Assembly: GCA_000503915.1 (NCBI GenBank)
Contig: CP006915.1
Location: 660,001-692,000, forward strand
Length of the DNA stretch: 32,000 nt
Reading direction: 5' to 3'
DNA from: Candidatus Saccharimonadota bacterium
GTDB lineage: Bacteria; Patescibacteriota; Saccharimonadia; Saccharimonadales; Saccharimonadaceae
Shown: positions 31,726 through 32,000 of the stretch, one piece after another
How the letters are laid out: each line of letters begins with the position of its first letter
Position numbering within the stretch: position 1 is the stretch's first letter
Position numbers and translations under genes: made by a program
Notes under the pieces: model-generated
Seen by the model: the letters and a program-made list of their open reading frames with translations, nothing else
Told to the model about the DNA's origin: nothing
Databases searched by the model: none

Positions 31726-32000
31726 GCGTCACAAGCTCGTTGCGTGGCCGTTTTTTCTTCTTGTGTGCGGACTGTATCTTGTATGGTTCTACCCATTGCA
31801 AAAGGATACTGGAGTCTTACAGGAGACTGCCTATCATAAAGTCGCTGAGACGCTAAAACGCTACACTATATCTGTAAACGTGGCTCCCTCTGTACCTGCC
31901 ATCGTCATTGCCAGCGATCAACCGTTTCGTGCTACCTCAATCTGGGTCTATGTTGCCAAGACGGCTCTCCTGCCTGATACCTATCGACCGCAAAAGCTTG
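31718..32000 (+). CDS. N-terminal part of a second membrane-anchored protein, possibly another VanY-like peptidase (3' end outside the window)
   Basis: Not in the ORF track. The ATG at 31718 overlaps the upstream stop by 8 nt. Hand translation gives MNKRHKLVAWPFFLLVCGLYLVWFYPLQKD...VYVAKTALLPDTYRPQKL. The last segment resembles the L.P..Y.P..L entry motif of VanY proteins. Confidence 0.45.
   Translation, partial: MNKRHKLVAWPFFLLVCGLYLVWFYPLQKDTGVLQETAYHKVAETLKRYTISVNVAPSVPAIVIASDQPFRATSIWVYVAKTALLPDTYRPQKL

Noticed and set aside
1-32000. Alternative genetic code (UGA recoding as in some CPR lineages) and CRISPR arrays
   Set aside because: Well-supported genes end at TGA (for example 6212-6214 and 9377-9379), and tRNA-Trp carries anticodon CCA. 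I saw no regularly spaced direct repeats anywhere in the window.

Overview
The window reads as a small-genome, Patescibacteria/CPR-type chromosome segment, probably Saccharibacteria-like. That assignment is an inference from gene content, not a database result. It uses the standard genetic code: TGA terminates clear genes and tRNA-Trp has anticodon CCA.

The region 15.2-30.7 kb is one minus-strand ribosomal supercluster. It runs rplC-rplD-rplW-rplB-rpsS-rplV-rpsC-rplP-rpmC-rpsQ-rplN-rplX-rplE-rpsN-rpsH-rplF-rplR-rpsE-rplO-secY, then a sortase-like gene and a 588-bp non-coding gap, then infA-rpmJ-rpsM-rpsK-rpsD-rpoA-rplQ-rplM-rpsI. There is no L30 gene, no adk or map, and no rpsJ upstream of rplC.

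The region 10-15 kb holds rpmG, three tRNAs, a TPR protein, holB, an RluA-type pseudouridine synthase, trpS and a DAG-kinase-fold lipid kinase. The left 10 kb is more accessory. It holds a YgjP/M48 peptidase, a P-loop ATPase, small membrane proteins, a stop-interrupted ORF, an AT-rich SemiSWEET gene beside tRNA-Trp with an att-like repeat, MscS, and a translationally coupled alpha-glucan operon (GT, GH57, GH15 and an unknown protein). The right edge has two M15/VanY-type peptidase genes.

Main hunt results:
- An orphan, promoter-equipped, hairpin-dense region of about 430 nt between the sortase-like gene and infA. I could not assign it to any RNA family by eye.
- A sortase-fold protein with no cysteine at all, embedded in the secY cluster.
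- A recurrent (TGn)TATA[A/C]T-N6-8-start architecture that implies leaderless mRNAs for non-ribosomal genes.
- A structured leader upstream of rplC.

All calls rest on reading the sequence and on remembered family motifs. No searches were run.
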